Shown here: positions 1 through 10,200 of the stretch, in pieces
How positions within the stretch are numbered: the stretch's first letter is position 1
Layout: the number at the start of each line of letters is the position of its first letter
Source: a virus
Taxonomy: Duplodnaviria; Caudoviricetes
IMG/VR virus record: IMGVR_UViG_3300010413_000127
Coordinates: 1 to 28,904 of that record
Strand: one strand, 5' to 3'
Length of the DNA stretch: 28,904 nt
Program-made: the position numbers and the translations under genes
The notes under the pieces: generated by a model
Databases searched by the model: none
What the model saw: only the letters and a program-made list of their open reading frames with translations
Told to the model about the DNA's origin: nothing

Positions 1-33
1 GGTTCGGGTTGTGTATATGGGGGTTCGGGTTGT
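1..33 (+). repeat. 12-bp direct repeat GGTTCGGGTTGT x2 (1-12, 22-33)
   Basis: Exact copies with 21-bp periodicity; second copy overlaps the putative -35 box. Confidence 0.7.
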
Positions 34-58
34 CGATGGTGGTCTAACATGATATAGT
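30..58 (+). promoter_or_regulatory. Putative sigma70-type promoter of the late operon
   Basis: TTGTCG (30-35), 17-bp spacer, TATAGT (53-58) preceded by TG at 50-51 (extended -10). Confidence 0.55.
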
Positions 59-136
59 AAGCTCAAAATTAGGGCTGAATTGGGGCGGGGTGGTCCTGTC
101 CAGTGTATCCAGCGCCAAAGATCGGAGTGTTTCATC

Positions 137-439
137 ATGGTTGATTATGATTTGGTCGTCGAGGGATTCCAGCTTAGCTTGATGGTTTACGGATTGGTTC
201 AACTAGTCAAGTTGCGATATAAGCTTGACGGTTGGCGGGTGGTCTACTTGGCGTTCGGGGTGGCGTTTGTCCTGTACTCTCTTGCAAGGCTACTTCCTTA
301 TCTACCGGCGCCAATTGATATTGTCGCTGGTATCCTGTTTGGTGGTTTGGGTTACGGATTGGTCGCGGTGGGTATCTATGGCATAGTCAAGCCAATTTCG
401 ACCGGCGGTCAAGGGTTGCGGGTATCCAGCGATGAGTAA
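137..439 (+). CDS. Holin-like membrane protein (about 3 TM segments, 100 aa)
   Basis: ATG at 137 with GGAG at 124-127 (preferred over TTG at 80); hydrophobic segments with GLVQLVK...GLVAVGIY pattern typical of small phage holins; charged C-terminus. Confidence 0.65.
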   Translation: MVDYDLVVEGFQLSLMVYGLVQLVKLRYKLDGWRVVYLAFGVAFVLYSLARLLPYLPAPIDIVAGILFGGLGYGLVAVGIYGIVKPISTGGQGLRVSSDE

Positions 440-806
440 GCGGGCGATCGTTCGGGTGGTTTGGTGGTTGTTGGTTCTTCTTCTCGTCGTCTTGCTGGCG
501 TGGGTTGCGGTCCTGATATCGGAGCATCCAACACCAACACCAACACCAACACCAACATCAACACCACATCACACACACACCCCCCCCACTACCCCCACCG
601 TCACCCCTACGTCTCCAAGCTCTACGGGGACCCCAACTAAGGCTACCCCTACGCAAACAGACCTACCCACAAAAATGGAAAATACCTCTACACCTGAGAA
701 ACCGACCCTAACGTTCACACCTGAGCCAACAGAGACACCGCTACCCACACTTGATCGGTGTTTGTGTTTGCATTACAAACCCTGTCTATGTCACTTATGG
801 AGGTAA
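432..806 (+). CDS. Membrane-anchored Pro/Thr-rich protein with C-terminal Cys/His motif
   Basis: Basic N-terminus, hydrophobic anchor (VVWWLLVLLLVVLLAWVAVLI), PT-rich linker, C-terminal RCLCLHYKPCLCHLWR; overlaps the holin end. Confidence 0.6.
   Translation: MSKRAIVRVVWWLLVLLLVVLLAWVAVLISEHPTPTPTPTPTSTPHHTHTPPTTPTVTPTSPSSTGTPTKATPTQTDLPTKMENTSTPEKPTLTFTPEPTETPLPTLDRCLCLHYKPCLCHLWR
528..563 (+). repeat. (CCAACA)5 + TCAACA in-frame hexamer repeat encoding PTPTPTPTPTST
   Basis: Directly visible tandem repeat. Confidence 0.9.
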
Positions 807-807
807 G

Positions 808-1182
808 ATGCCAGACAACGAAACTAACAACGGGAAGCAAATGGCAATCCTGCTTGAGAGAACGGATACGATCTTAGGCAAGGTGAACAAGATGGAGATA
901 TGGCAAAGTGAATTCCAAAAGTGCTATAACGAAAACCAACTGAATAGCACACTGGAGAGGGCGGCGATATCCGCAAAGACCACTGCGAATGAGAAGGACA
1001 TAATCGAGTTACGTGCGGAGTTGAAAGAACAAAGAGCCGAGCAAGAGAGGCAAAAGAAGATAACCGCCGAGGTAGAGACACTAATCAGGTGGAGTAAAGT
1101 TATATGGGGTAGTATCGTTGGATTGATAATGGCTTTACTATGGGGCTTGGCGACGGGAAGTATAACGATCGTCGTACCTTAA
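808..1182 (+). CDS. Coiled-coil protein with C-terminal TM helix (XhlA-like/lysis-associated membrane protein)
   Basis: ATG at 808 with GGAGGT at 799-804; charged helical middle; C-terminal hydrophobic VIWGSIVGLIMALLWGLA. Confidence 0.6.
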   Translation: MPDNETNNGKQMAILLERTDTILGKVNKMEIWQSEFQKCYNENQLNSTLERAAISAKTTANEKDIIELRAELKEQRAEQERQKKITAEVETLIRWSKVIWGSIVGLIMALLWGLATGSITIVVP

Positions 1183-1191
1183 AAAAAGTCT

Positions 1192-2130
1192 ATGAGAGTA
1201 ATAGTAGCGATATATACGGACAGCCATGCTGGACATAAGTGGGGGTTATGCCCGCCTGACATAGTGTTGAAAGAAGAGGGTGCGGATGGTCAGATAAGAG
1301 AATATACGCCGAGGTTGACACCTGTGCAAGAAACGCTATGGGAGATCCACACGGAAAACGTTAGGTGGTTGAAAGAGTATGCGGGTGATGATGCGGTGAT
1401 CGTATTACAGACGGGTGATCCTACGCACGGGACAAAGTATCCGGATGAGGTAATGACGACCAGCATGTATAACCAAGTGCGGATAGCGGTTGGGAATTTC
1501 ATACCGATGCTAAGGATACCTAACGTAGAGATGGTGAGGGTATCCACGGGGACGGGTAGTCATGAGATGGGCGAGGGGACTACTGCATATATGATCGGAG
1601 AGATATTAGAACTAATGTTTCCTGATATAGATATAGGGGTAGTGAAGCATGGGCTACTCACGATCGAGATGGATAAGAGTGAGAATGACAAGGAAATAGA
1701 TTTTTCTCACCATGGTCCGAGTGCGGGGATACGGAGTTGGACAAAGGGGAACGTGGCAAGGCACTATGCGAGAGACATTATTGAGGAACACCTAAAGGAT
1801 GGGGATATCCCGCCTGACGTGATCTTGAGGGGTCATGTGCATGAGAGGGTGAGTGAGGTAGTAACCTGGTGGCGGGATGGGCAACCGGTAGAAACAAGAA
1901 TGATCGTGACGCCTCCGATGAGCGGTGTCACGTTCTTTGCAAGACAGGTAGCGAGGTCGCCGTATAAGAGTGCGTATGGTTGGGTTGTGCTAGAAATCAT
2001 AGACAACAAAATGAGTGATCCGATCTTCAAGGCTAAAACGGTTGACCTGAGGACAAAGGAAAAATTCTATGCGAATAAGCGAGGTAGACGATCGAGAGGA
2101 AAGAGCAAGGGAAAGAGCAAAGAAGTTTAG
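1192..2130 (+). CDS. Calcineurin-like metallophosphoesterase
   Basis: Ordered motifs DSH (DxH), TGD, GTGSHE (GNHE-like), HHG, GHVH (GHxH). Confidence 0.8.
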   Translation: MRVIVAIYTDSHAGHKWGLCPPDIVLKEEGADGQIREYTPRLTPVQETLWEIHTENVRWLKEYAGDDAVIVLQTGDPTHGTKYPDEVMTTSMYNQVRIAVGNFIPMLRIPNVEMVRVSTGTGSHEMGEGTTAYMIGEILELMFPDIDIGVVKHGLLTIEMDKSENDKEIDFSHHGPSAGIRSWTKGNVARHYARDIIEEHLKDGDIPPDVILRGHVHERVSEVVTWWRDGQPVETRMIVTPPMSGVTFFARQVARSPYKSAYGWVVLEIIDNKMSDPIFKAKTVDLRTKEKFYANKRGRRSRGKSKGKSKEV

Positions 2131-2374
2131 AGAGTATGTGCTAGATGTTGTCGGCGGAAGGGAAGTTGTCCCGTCCATGGAGGACGGGTGGTTTACTCGA
2201 CAGCAATTAGCGGATTTAGTAGGCATATCGATCAATCAATTAGACTACAGGTTGCGCCTTGGAAACTGGAAAGAATTGTTTGACCAAAGGAAAATTGGGA
2301 AAAAAGTATACCTACGACCGAAAGGTTATGAAGTTCAAGACGTGGATGATTCGGCGGAAGATGTTGAGAGATGA
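2069..2374 (+). CDS. Small putative HTH DNA-binding protein
   Basis: FTRQQLADLVGISINQLDYRL helix-turn-helix-like segment followed by a wing-like RKIGKKVYLR. Confidence 0.55.
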   Translation: MRISEVDDREERARERAKKFREYVLDVVGGREVVPSMEDGWFTRQQLADLVGISINQLDYRLRLGNWKELFDQRKIGKKVYLRPKGYEVQDVDDSAEDVER

Positions 2375-2571
2375 GAGAACCGGCAAAAGAACCAGAAATA
2401 AGAATGGTTGAATTCCTTGGAGAGATATACAAAGTTCAATCGTTGACAAATGGAAATTACAGGCTAACGATAGAGTTGCCTGAGTATTGTGTAGCCCAAG
2501 CGAAAGAGTTGATGGGCTGGAATAGATTGTTGGTAGAAGGATGGTTGAGGTTAAAGGATGGTCAAGACTAA
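2371..2571 (+). CDS. Hypothetical phage protein (66 aa)
   Basis: ATGA overlap with upstream gene; fills the gap to TerS. Confidence 0.55.
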   Translation: MREPAKEPEIRMVEFLGEIYKVQSLTNGNYRLTIELPEYCVAQAKELMGWNRLLVEGWLRLKDGQD

Positions 2572-2998
2572 GACGGAAGAAATCCTAGAGAAACTCAAGC
2601 AAGAAAGTCCTAACGATTATTCTTTGGTGATCGCCCTCAAGAACAATAACTTTGTCATTGGCGAGGCGTGTAGTGCTATTGGTATGTCACGCCAATGGTG
2701 GGCGGCAAAACCGAGGGATGAGCGTGATCGACTAATGGCACTAGCGAAAGAGCTAGACCTAGCGCCGCTAGAGTTGGCAATGGCTGAGGCTGAGGCGATA
2801 TCACACCTGGCGGTGTTGGTGTTCAAGGAATTGTTGTCCAGCCCAAGTAAAGAGTTTCGGTTGCGGGCGGCAAAAGAGATATCAAGGATAGTAGGGCTAT
2901 ACGCACCGGAGAAGCGCCAGGTTAGTGCCGACCTGAATGTGACCAGGTTTAATGAATTGCTTGAGCAAGCCTATGGAAGCGACAGCGACGACGCTTGA
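2558..2998 (+). CDS. terS: Terminase small subunit (putative)
   Basis: N-terminal HTH (IGEACSAIGMSRQWW), helical middle, RLRAAKEI..IVGLY; directly upstream of TerL. Confidence 0.65.
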   Translation: MVKTKTEEILEKLKQESPNDYSLVIALKNNNFVIGEACSAIGMSRQWWAAKPRDERDRLMALAKELDLAPLELAMAEAEAISHLAVLVFKELLSSPSKEFRLRAAKEISRIVGLYAPEKRQVSADLNVTRFNELLEQAYGSDSDDA

Positions 2999-4406
2999 TA
3001 AATACATCATAGATGCCAAAGACGCCGGTATGAAACAGGATCAGCTATCCTTGTTTTATGCTGGCGGGTATCTTGCATTACCTTGGTCACTTCCGTTTCA
3101 TGTTCAGGCACGGATGGCGGATAAGCCAGACGGACCATATTGGATCTTAACAGGGGGGGCGAGAGGTCCTGGCAAGTCGCATAGCGCACTAGCGCAAGCG
3201 GGGATAGATGACTGTCAGCGCACGCCAGGACTAAAACTATTGTTCTTGCGTAAGTTGCAAAAGTCAGCAAGTGAGAGTATGGATGACCTTTTATATAAGG
3301 TCTTTGCTAACGTTAAGCACACTTACGTGAGGTCAGAGGGTAGGGTAAGTTTCCCAAACGGATCGAGAATATTGATCGGCGGTTATCGTACCGAGGCGGA
3401 TATAGACAAGTATCTTGGTATTGAGTACGATGGCGCCGTGGTGGAGGAATTGACTCAGCTATCGGAAGATAAGATAATCCGACTGAGAGGCTCGATCCGA
3501 ACCACTAAGCCAGGGTGGAGAGATAGGATATACGCAAGTACGAACCCTGGCGGCATAGGACACCTGTGGGTCAAGAAGAATTTTGTCGTACCGTATAGGA
3601 CGGGGGTCAACGGTATGCACAAGTTTCTTGGGGGTAAGACCTTCTTCATACCGGCTACTCATAGGGATAACCCGTTCCTAAAAGAGAATTACATATCCTA
3701 TCTAATATCGATCCCTGGTGAGTTAGGGCGTGCCTGGCGTGATGGGGATTGGGACGTCTTTGAGGGGATGGCGTTCCCGATGTGGGATTACGACCGGCAT
3801 GTTATCAGACCTATACAAATACCGGAGTATTGGGCTAAGTGGCGAGGTGTAGACTGGGGTTTTGGAGCGCCGTTTGTATGCCTATGGTTGGGAAGAAATC
3901 CGATCACGGGTAGGATTATCGTATATCGAGAGTTACACAAGGACAACCTAACGACGCAAGAACAAGCACAAATTATAGGCGATATGACCGCGGCGGAAGA
4001 AAATATATCTAAGACCTACGTTGACCCAAAAAGTTTTTGGACACGTCGAGAAATGAGAGGGAAGGTATTGACCGCGGCACAAGAATATGCGGATAATGGT
4101 ATTATTGTTCACAAAGCTGATAACGCAAGGGTACCTGGTAAGCGCCGAGTAAATGATGCGTTAGCGGATTTGCAAGACGGATTGCCAGGGCTACAGGTGG
4201 TATCGACTTGTAGAAATCTAATAGAAACATTGTCGTCGATTCCGAGGGATGATAACAATCCGGAGGACGTAAACACCGACTCTAATCTGGATCACGCCTA
4301 TGATGCTTTGAGATATGCGCTGACAGCTTATAAGAAGATGATGCCGAAACAGACAACGCCCGATCCGGTGAAACAACGGGCGATAGACGCATGGAGAGGA
4401 TTGTAA
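2952..4406 (+). CDS. terL: Terminase large subunit (start may be ATG at 2973)
   Basis: Walker A GGARGPGKS, Walker B VVEELTQ, motif III STNPGG, RNase H-like GVDWGF and DHAYDALRY. Confidence 0.95.
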   Translation: MNCLSKPMEATATTLDKYIIDAKDAGMKQDQLSLFYAGGYLALPWSLPFHVQARMADKPDGPYWILTGGARGPGKSHSALAQAGIDDCQRTPGLKLLFLRKLQKSASESMDDLLYKVFANVKHTYVRSEGRVSFPNGSRILIGGYRTEADIDKYLGIEYDGAVVEELTQLSEDKIIRLRGSIRTTKPGWRDRIYASTNPGGIGHLWVKKNFVVPYRTGVNGMHKFLGGKTFFIPATHRDNPFLKENYISYLISIPGELGRAWRDGDWDVFEGMAFPMWDYDRHVIRPIQIPEYWAKWRGVDWGFGAPFVCLWLGRNPITGRIIVYRELHKDNLTTQEQAQIIGDMTAAEENISKTYVDPKSFWTRREMRGKVLTAAQEYADNGIIVHKADNARVPGKRRVNDALADLQDGLPGLQVVSTCRNLIETLSSIPRDDNNPEDVNTDSNLDHAYDALRYALTAYKKMMPKQTTPDPVKQRAIDAWRGL

Positions 4407-6199
4407 TGACCAACAAAATATTTACGGACACGGTTGAATTTGCGGATAGCGTCAAGAAGGGGTACGCCCAAAGGGACGCTAATGCAAAGATGTACCGTGA
4501 TATGTATATGCTCAATTGGGGGAAAGAGGACGTAGCAAAGAAGGCACTACCCCATGCAAAGATTAGCATCCACCCACTACCACGAAAAGCGGCGCAAGGT
4601 GCAAAAAGATTGATGACCGCAACCAGCGCCGGTTTCAGTGTGCCGAGTGAGTATAGCCAACTGTCATCGGACTATCGAGAGAAGATGACACGGATAGCAA
4701 ACGCAATCTGGTGGCAATCTTCAAAGTATAACGGTATCGATCTGGAAGAGGACGCCGTATTGTCCATGATTATTCAGGATGAGATACATATACAGATAAG
4801 CTCGACCGCGGATATGTTGAACTCTCACAACAATAAGGATGACCCCTATTATTTGGAGATGAAAGAAATCGCCGAGTCAACGCCCTACCTAGTTGAGGTA
4901 CGTGATCCCGCAAGCGGATATCCCGTTTGGGGTAGGCACGGGCTAAGGGCGTACTATTGGGAAGAGTCGGTAACAGTAGAGGATTTGATATCCAGGTACG
5001 GGGATAAGTGGAAGCAAACAATAAGTCCCGACCTTGGCGCCAATAGAAGTCGATTTAGCAATCTAACCGTTTGCCATATGTGGGACAAGATATATAGACA
5101 CACCTGGCTACGGGGTGGGACCGATCCTCTTGTGCAACTTGAACATGGGTTGCCGATCATACCATTCGTTTGTACGCTTGGAGAAGGATCACGATCGTTG
5201 TTCTCCGATCCCGAGGATCAGCGTCAACCGTTCTTGTATACCCTAGACAAAACAAAAGTGTGGGACTGGTTGAACGTGATCCTGTCTAACTGGCGCACGA
5301 ACCAGGCGCTTACCCTGGGCGTACAATTTATCCATGAGGGTGACGGGGAAGTCAAGATTGATTTTGGTGAAATCTTTGGATCGATCGAGGTACCCGCCGG
5401 TGAGAGGTTTCAACTGCTCGCCGACAAGGGTGTGCTATCCGAAAGTGATATGGTGTTCTACCGAGAAGCGGAACAACTTGGAACCGAAAGTACAATCTAT
5501 AACCAGGCACTTGGAGAACCATTAGGAAAGGGCGAGGCGTACTCTAAGGTCGCCCTGCTACACCAAGCCGGTCGGTTGCCACTTGTAACAATCCAGCGCC
5601 AAACAGCAAAGGCGATGGGTGAGGCTATGGAGAAGGTATTCAAGTGGATGCGGCACGACGGAGAGTCGTACAAGGCACGCCTGGATAATGGAGAGTTTGT
5701 GGAAATAGAGGCAAAGAAAATTCCAGCTTACCCCGTTATCAAGGCACGCTTGGAAATCGATCTACCTCAGGATCAGCTATCTAACGCCAATATCTTCAAG
5801 CAACTGGAAGGATCCTTGTCGGAAGAATGGCGGATGGAGAATATCCTATCGATCGAGAACCCGAAAGAAGAACGTCGTAGGGCGCTGAAAGAGGAAATCA
5901 AGAAACAGCTTGGAAAGATTATGATCCAAGATATCTTGATGCAAATGCAAGTGAAGAACCAGCAACGCCTAGCCGGTACACAAATGGGACCTCCACCTAA
6001 TATGCCCGAGGGACAACGCCCACCACCAGGACCAACAAGCGGAATGTCACCGGAAGAAGCAAGGGCGTTAGCACTGGCGGATAAGTATGGTGGTACACCA
6101 CCGGCGCCGGTAGCGCCCCCGATCCCGAACCAGAATGAGCCGCAAAGGATTGTGCCTCAGTCGCCGGTCAAGGGAACTCAGTGGGGGGGTGAGGGATGA
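4406..6199 (+). CDS. Portal protein
   Basis: About 600 aa directly after TerL (TAATG overlap at 4404-4408, GGAGAGGA upstream); EHGLPIIPFV portal-like motif; Gln/Pro-rich C-terminal extension. Confidence 0.8.
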   Translation: MTNKIFTDTVEFADSVKKGYAQRDANAKMYRDMYMLNWGKEDVAKKALPHAKISIHPLPRKAAQGAKRLMTATSAGFSVPSEYSQLSSDYREKMTRIANAIWWQSSKYNGIDLEEDAVLSMIIQDEIHIQISSTADMLNSHNNKDDPYYLEMKEIAESTPYLVEVRDPASGYPVWGRHGLRAYYWEESVTVEDLISRYGDKWKQTISPDLGANRSRFSNLTVCHMWDKIYRHTWLRGGTDPLVQLEHGLPIIPFVCTLGEGSRSLFSDPEDQRQPFLYTLDKTKVWDWLNVILSNWRTNQALTLGVQFIHEGDGEVKIDFGEIFGSIEVPAGERFQLLADKGVLSESDMVFYREAEQLGTESTIYNQALGEPLGKGEAYSKVALLHQAGRLPLVTIQRQTAKAMGEAMEKVFKWMRHDGESYKARLDNGEFVEIEAKKIPAYPVIKARLEIDLPQDQLSNANIFKQLEGSLSEEWRMENILSIENPKEERRRALKEEIKKQLGKIMIQDILMQMQVKNQQRLAGTQMGPPPNMPEGQRPPPGPTSGMSPEEARALALADKYGGTPPAPVAPPIPNQNEPQRIVPQSPVKGTQWGGEG

Positions 6200-6459
6200 C
6201 AGAGAACCTAGATGAAGTATACGACGCCTACCTGGAAGCAAAGGCGGAGTTTGAGGAAATTAGGGATGAAGCGTTCGCTGAGTTTTTCTCGCCAATGTTT
6301 CAAACCATGTTAGCTGGCGCCGCGCAAGCCGCGCCTGGATCAGTGTTGGATCAACTTTCTCCACAACAAAGACAAGTGTTCAAAGAAGTGTTGGGGAAAG
6401 ATATCAGTGAAGTAATTGGAGGTAATAAAGATGCCAGTGAATCCGTTGTATTTTCGTGA
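6196..6459 (+). CDS. Hypothetical acidic helical protein (87 aa)
   Basis: ATGA overlap with portal stop; G-rich SD-like sequence upstream. Confidence 0.65.
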   Translation: MTENLDEVYDAYLEAKAEFEEIRDEAFAEFFSPMFQTMLAGAAQAAPGSVLDQLSPQQRQVFKEVLGKDISEVIGGNKDASESVVFS

Positions 6460-7273
6460 TAGACGCCCGAAAGGGGATAAGCCGGTTGTCCCTAGCCGCG
6501 ATAGGTGGATGCCTTGGTCAACCTATATGATGGATCGGTGGTGGGTAAACTCTCAAATGCCTGGACCGGCGGCGCCAAAGAAACAACCATCGGGGGACAC
6601 AAACGTCAAAGAGCCAACCGATAACGTTGCAACCGCGCCAACCAGCGATAACACAATCCCCGACGTGAGCTTGAGTGCAAACCCGATCCCCGACTATAGG
6701 ATGCCCTCCACCACCGAGGAAAGTACGTGGGATTATTGGTTTCCGTATACCGAACCCACGCCCGAGGCGAGAGAACAAGGCTGGAATCCATGGCAAGGTA
6801 CGTACGCATGGCAATGGGACTACAACACCGATCGTTCCGATCCGTGGCAACTTGCGCCAGGATGGGCGGCAAACCCCGCTCCATCGGACTATAGTAGCTA
6901 TACGGAGAATGAAGGACCGTGGTCGTCCACCTATGCGCCTGAGTTTTATGCCCCTGGTGGTCAGTGGTTTTATGAAAACTATGACACGGTGTGGGATAGT
7001 GCGACAGGAAGATATCGCTATCAACCCCGCAACCAGAACACTTTTATGAACCCGTGGAAGCACTCGCGCCGATGGCAACCTAGACCAGCGTTCGGTCAAA
7101 ACGGAGAGCCTATTGACGGATCACAAGTTGGTGGTGTACGGGTGATGGGCGGCAAGAACAGCCCCGCGGCGCAACAGTGGCTAAGACAAACTACACCTGA
7201 GCAACCAGAAGAACCACAATTATTCAAAAGCTCTGCGGATTGGTATGGAAGTATAGCAAACTTTAGAATCTAA
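6431..7273 (+). CDS. Trp/Pro-rich low-complexity protein, candidate internal virion/ejection protein
   Basis: ATG at 6431 after GGAGGT; 19 Trp, no Cys, few Leu; TAATG coupling to the giant ORF. Confidence 0.6.
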   Translation: MPVNPLYFRDRRPKGDKPVVPSRDRWMPWSTYMMDRWWVNSQMPGPAAPKKQPSGDTNVKEPTDNVATAPTSDNTIPDVSLSANPIPDYRMPSTTEESTWDYWFPYTEPTPEAREQGWNPWQGTYAWQWDYNTDRSDPWQLAPGWAANPAPSDYSSYTENEGPWSSTYAPEFYAPGGQWFYENYDTVWDSATGRYRYQPRNQNTFMNPWKHSRRWQPRPAFGQNGEPIDGSQVGGVRVMGGKNSPAAQQWLRQTTPEQPEEPQLFKSSADWYGSIANFRI

Positions 7274-10200
7274 TGCCCACCACACCGAACTTTAGACCAC
7301 CCCGACCAGGTGAAGCAACCCACGATCTTGACCGGTGGGCGGATCATTACTCAAGTCAGGGGATAGATCCTTATAGTATCGATGCGTTTCGACAAGAAGC
7401 GGATCGACGTCAATGGATTCCAAAGGCACAAAGACAACAGCAAGCAAGCCTAAATGAAGGTATGCTTGGACCAGGTAATAATTTCTGGTTTGATCCTAGA
7501 AGGGTTGGCTTGTTTCATACACAAGTCAACCTTATCCCTGGTCCTGGGGAAGAACTTCCTGAATGGGTTACGCCTGAGTTTCAGGATATGCTTGGCGCCG
7601 CGTATGACTACTATTCGGATATCAATGAGGGGGAATGGTGGACGTGGACAAATGGACCCACCGACGACGCCTCTAGCTTTTTCTTGTCTCAGATGCCGCT
7701 ACCCCCCGACCAGTTTCTTAGTGTAGAGTATGACGATCTTTACAATCAATTTGCCGAGGGATATGGCGCTGAACCAGACGCCTCAACACTGCAATGGTCA
7801 GGGCTAACCGATGAGGAATTTGCCGCCCTACCTGGTTGGCAACAAGCACTATATAACAACCTATACGCATGGGGGGGGACAAAGATCGCCGGTCCGGAAG
7901 GTGAAGCGGTAAGTCTTGATCCCCAACAGTATGCCTCGCTACCCCTAGAGCAAAGGTTACTAATGACCGCGTTTAGCGACCCTGCCGTGACAGGTGCATC
8001 GATAGGTTTGATCGGTGGACTGATGGGCATGGCTGGCGGGTTGGTAATCGGATCGCTATTCAAACACTTCCCGTTTTTGCAAAAGGTTGGACAAGTCCTA
8101 GATATTCCCGCCCAATTTGTTGAGCGTAGCTTGGGTACCATGGCGCTAATGACTACCATGACGGAAGAGGAAAAAGAGTATGAGCGCCAGCGCCTAAGCG
8201 AAAACCCCATGGAAAATCTCAAAATGATTTTCAATGGGACTCACCCCATGTTTGATATCCTCGAGGATAAATGGTCTGAGAAGAACCGAGCGGCAATGTG
8301 GACAGCATCGACTTTGTTTTATGAGAGCATGGGACCTCCAACCTTCCACGCCCTCACCGAGGGTTTGTTCAACAAGCCCGAGGGCGACGAAACATATCTC
8401 GGAAATCTCAGGGGCGCACTTGAGGATATTACACCTGGTCATACTATAGACACGTGGCAATTTGGAAATCCGGAAGAATGGGCGCTTGGTTTCGAGGACT
8501 ATGATGTTTATGCACTACAGAAACTAACAAACGATATCTTAGATGGGACGTACCCGCCCGAGGTGTTGTTGCAAAAATACTCGGCACAATTCGGTGCGCC
8601 TGGTACGGTCACTGATCTCATGGGATTTATATTCCTCGATCCCCTGAATGTTGTTGCTCCAATGGCTAATGATCTGTTAGCTATTCCCGCAAAGATGGCA
8701 AACAATACAACCTTGCTAAATGCAATATCCGAGAGCAAGGGACCGATGGAGGCGCTAAAGAAATACCGAGGGCAAATGTCCTTAGCCCCGATGGATGACC
8801 TAGCCAAGATGTCATCCTTCCAGAGATTTCTAGCCGGTGCCACGGATGAGGGACGCCCCGCGGGCTTCAACGTGGAAAGACAGGTTTATGAGTCAATTAC
8901 CCCGTTCGGTACTTTCCGCTATTCGCCAACAAGTTTTTGGAATAAACTTGGTGGCGCTATTACGCCGATCGGTCCTATGGGGATTGGCGCCGCGGTGGGT
9001 AGTATATTTGGTCCGATCGGTATGGTGGCGCTTGGTGGGGTAGGTGCGCTAAAGGGATGGAAAAAAGGATTTGGATATCTCGCAAACCTAACTCCCGTAG
9101 CCCAAGCGGTTGAAACGCTACGGTGGACAACGGGGAACATTGGCGAGATTATCAACCATGCAACTTCACGGGCGGAGGTCGATAGCATTGTCAGGGCGGT
9201 AGCTAATACCCCTGAGGTTGTAGCGCGTGAGCTATCGATGAATACGATCTTATCTCACATTGGCGCAACTGTCAGCGCATCACTAAAGGATTTCGATTGG
9301 GAAGTGTTAGACAACCTCGGTGAAACATTTGAGGGTCTAAGTGTCAAGCGTGCCATTATACAAAATATGTCCGAGGCGCTTGGTATGCGTGTTGATGATG
9401 TCCTGAGAGAAATCAACAAGAAGGATACTGCGATATTGCTTAATCAGTATATGGAGAAGATTAGGCAAGTAGATACACCCGAGGCAAAGGCAATCCTTCA
9501 AGCGTTTGATAATGGGACACTCAACGCGACAACACTCGATGAAGTATTCAAAGTATTCGTAAAGGACAAGAACCCCGTCAACCTGAATGAATATAAGGCG
9601 GCGGTTGTCAATGCCCTCCACGATCATATAGAGGATTGGGCGGCAAAGTATTACGATATCCAAAAGGATCCAACCTGGTTGCGTGTTTCAAGGATCGCAA
9701 AGAGCGCCCAAGCTATCTTACTCATGGGCTGGAACCCGACGTACCTGGTAAATAACTTTGTAAATAATATTGTGACCATGGCTTATGATGGTGGGCTGAA
9801 TGTGGCTAGAGGTCCACTTAGCATCCGTGAAATGCGGAGATTTTGGGAAGATGTATTCGGGTTTGTCCCCGATCGGGTAATGGAAGGTGTAGGCGCTGAG
9901 GGGCTTGTCCGTCCTGAAATTGTGTTCGCCCAAGGAACCGGAGCAATCATCGAGGCGTCCCGTGGTAAGGGCGGATTGCTGAACTCACTACAAGATAAGG
10001 TTAATTGGGTCAACAATAAATTTGGTGTTATCACAAACGCAAGCGCCAAGATAGAGTCTTGGTCAAGCGCCAGGATAATGACCGGCGAGTTTTTGTCTGC
10101 GTTTGAAAGTTTATGGAAACCTGGTCAGGGATATGACACGATGGATTTGTCTCTTGAGCGGGCGCTTGGTGATGGCGCCGGTCTGGTAAGAGATGCTATT

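Noticed and set aside
80-136. Longer upstream starts given by the track (80, also 751, 4391, 6416, 16212)
   Set aside because: Downstream ATGs at 137, 808, 4406, 6431 and 16230 have clear Shine-Dalgarno motifs or stop-start coupling
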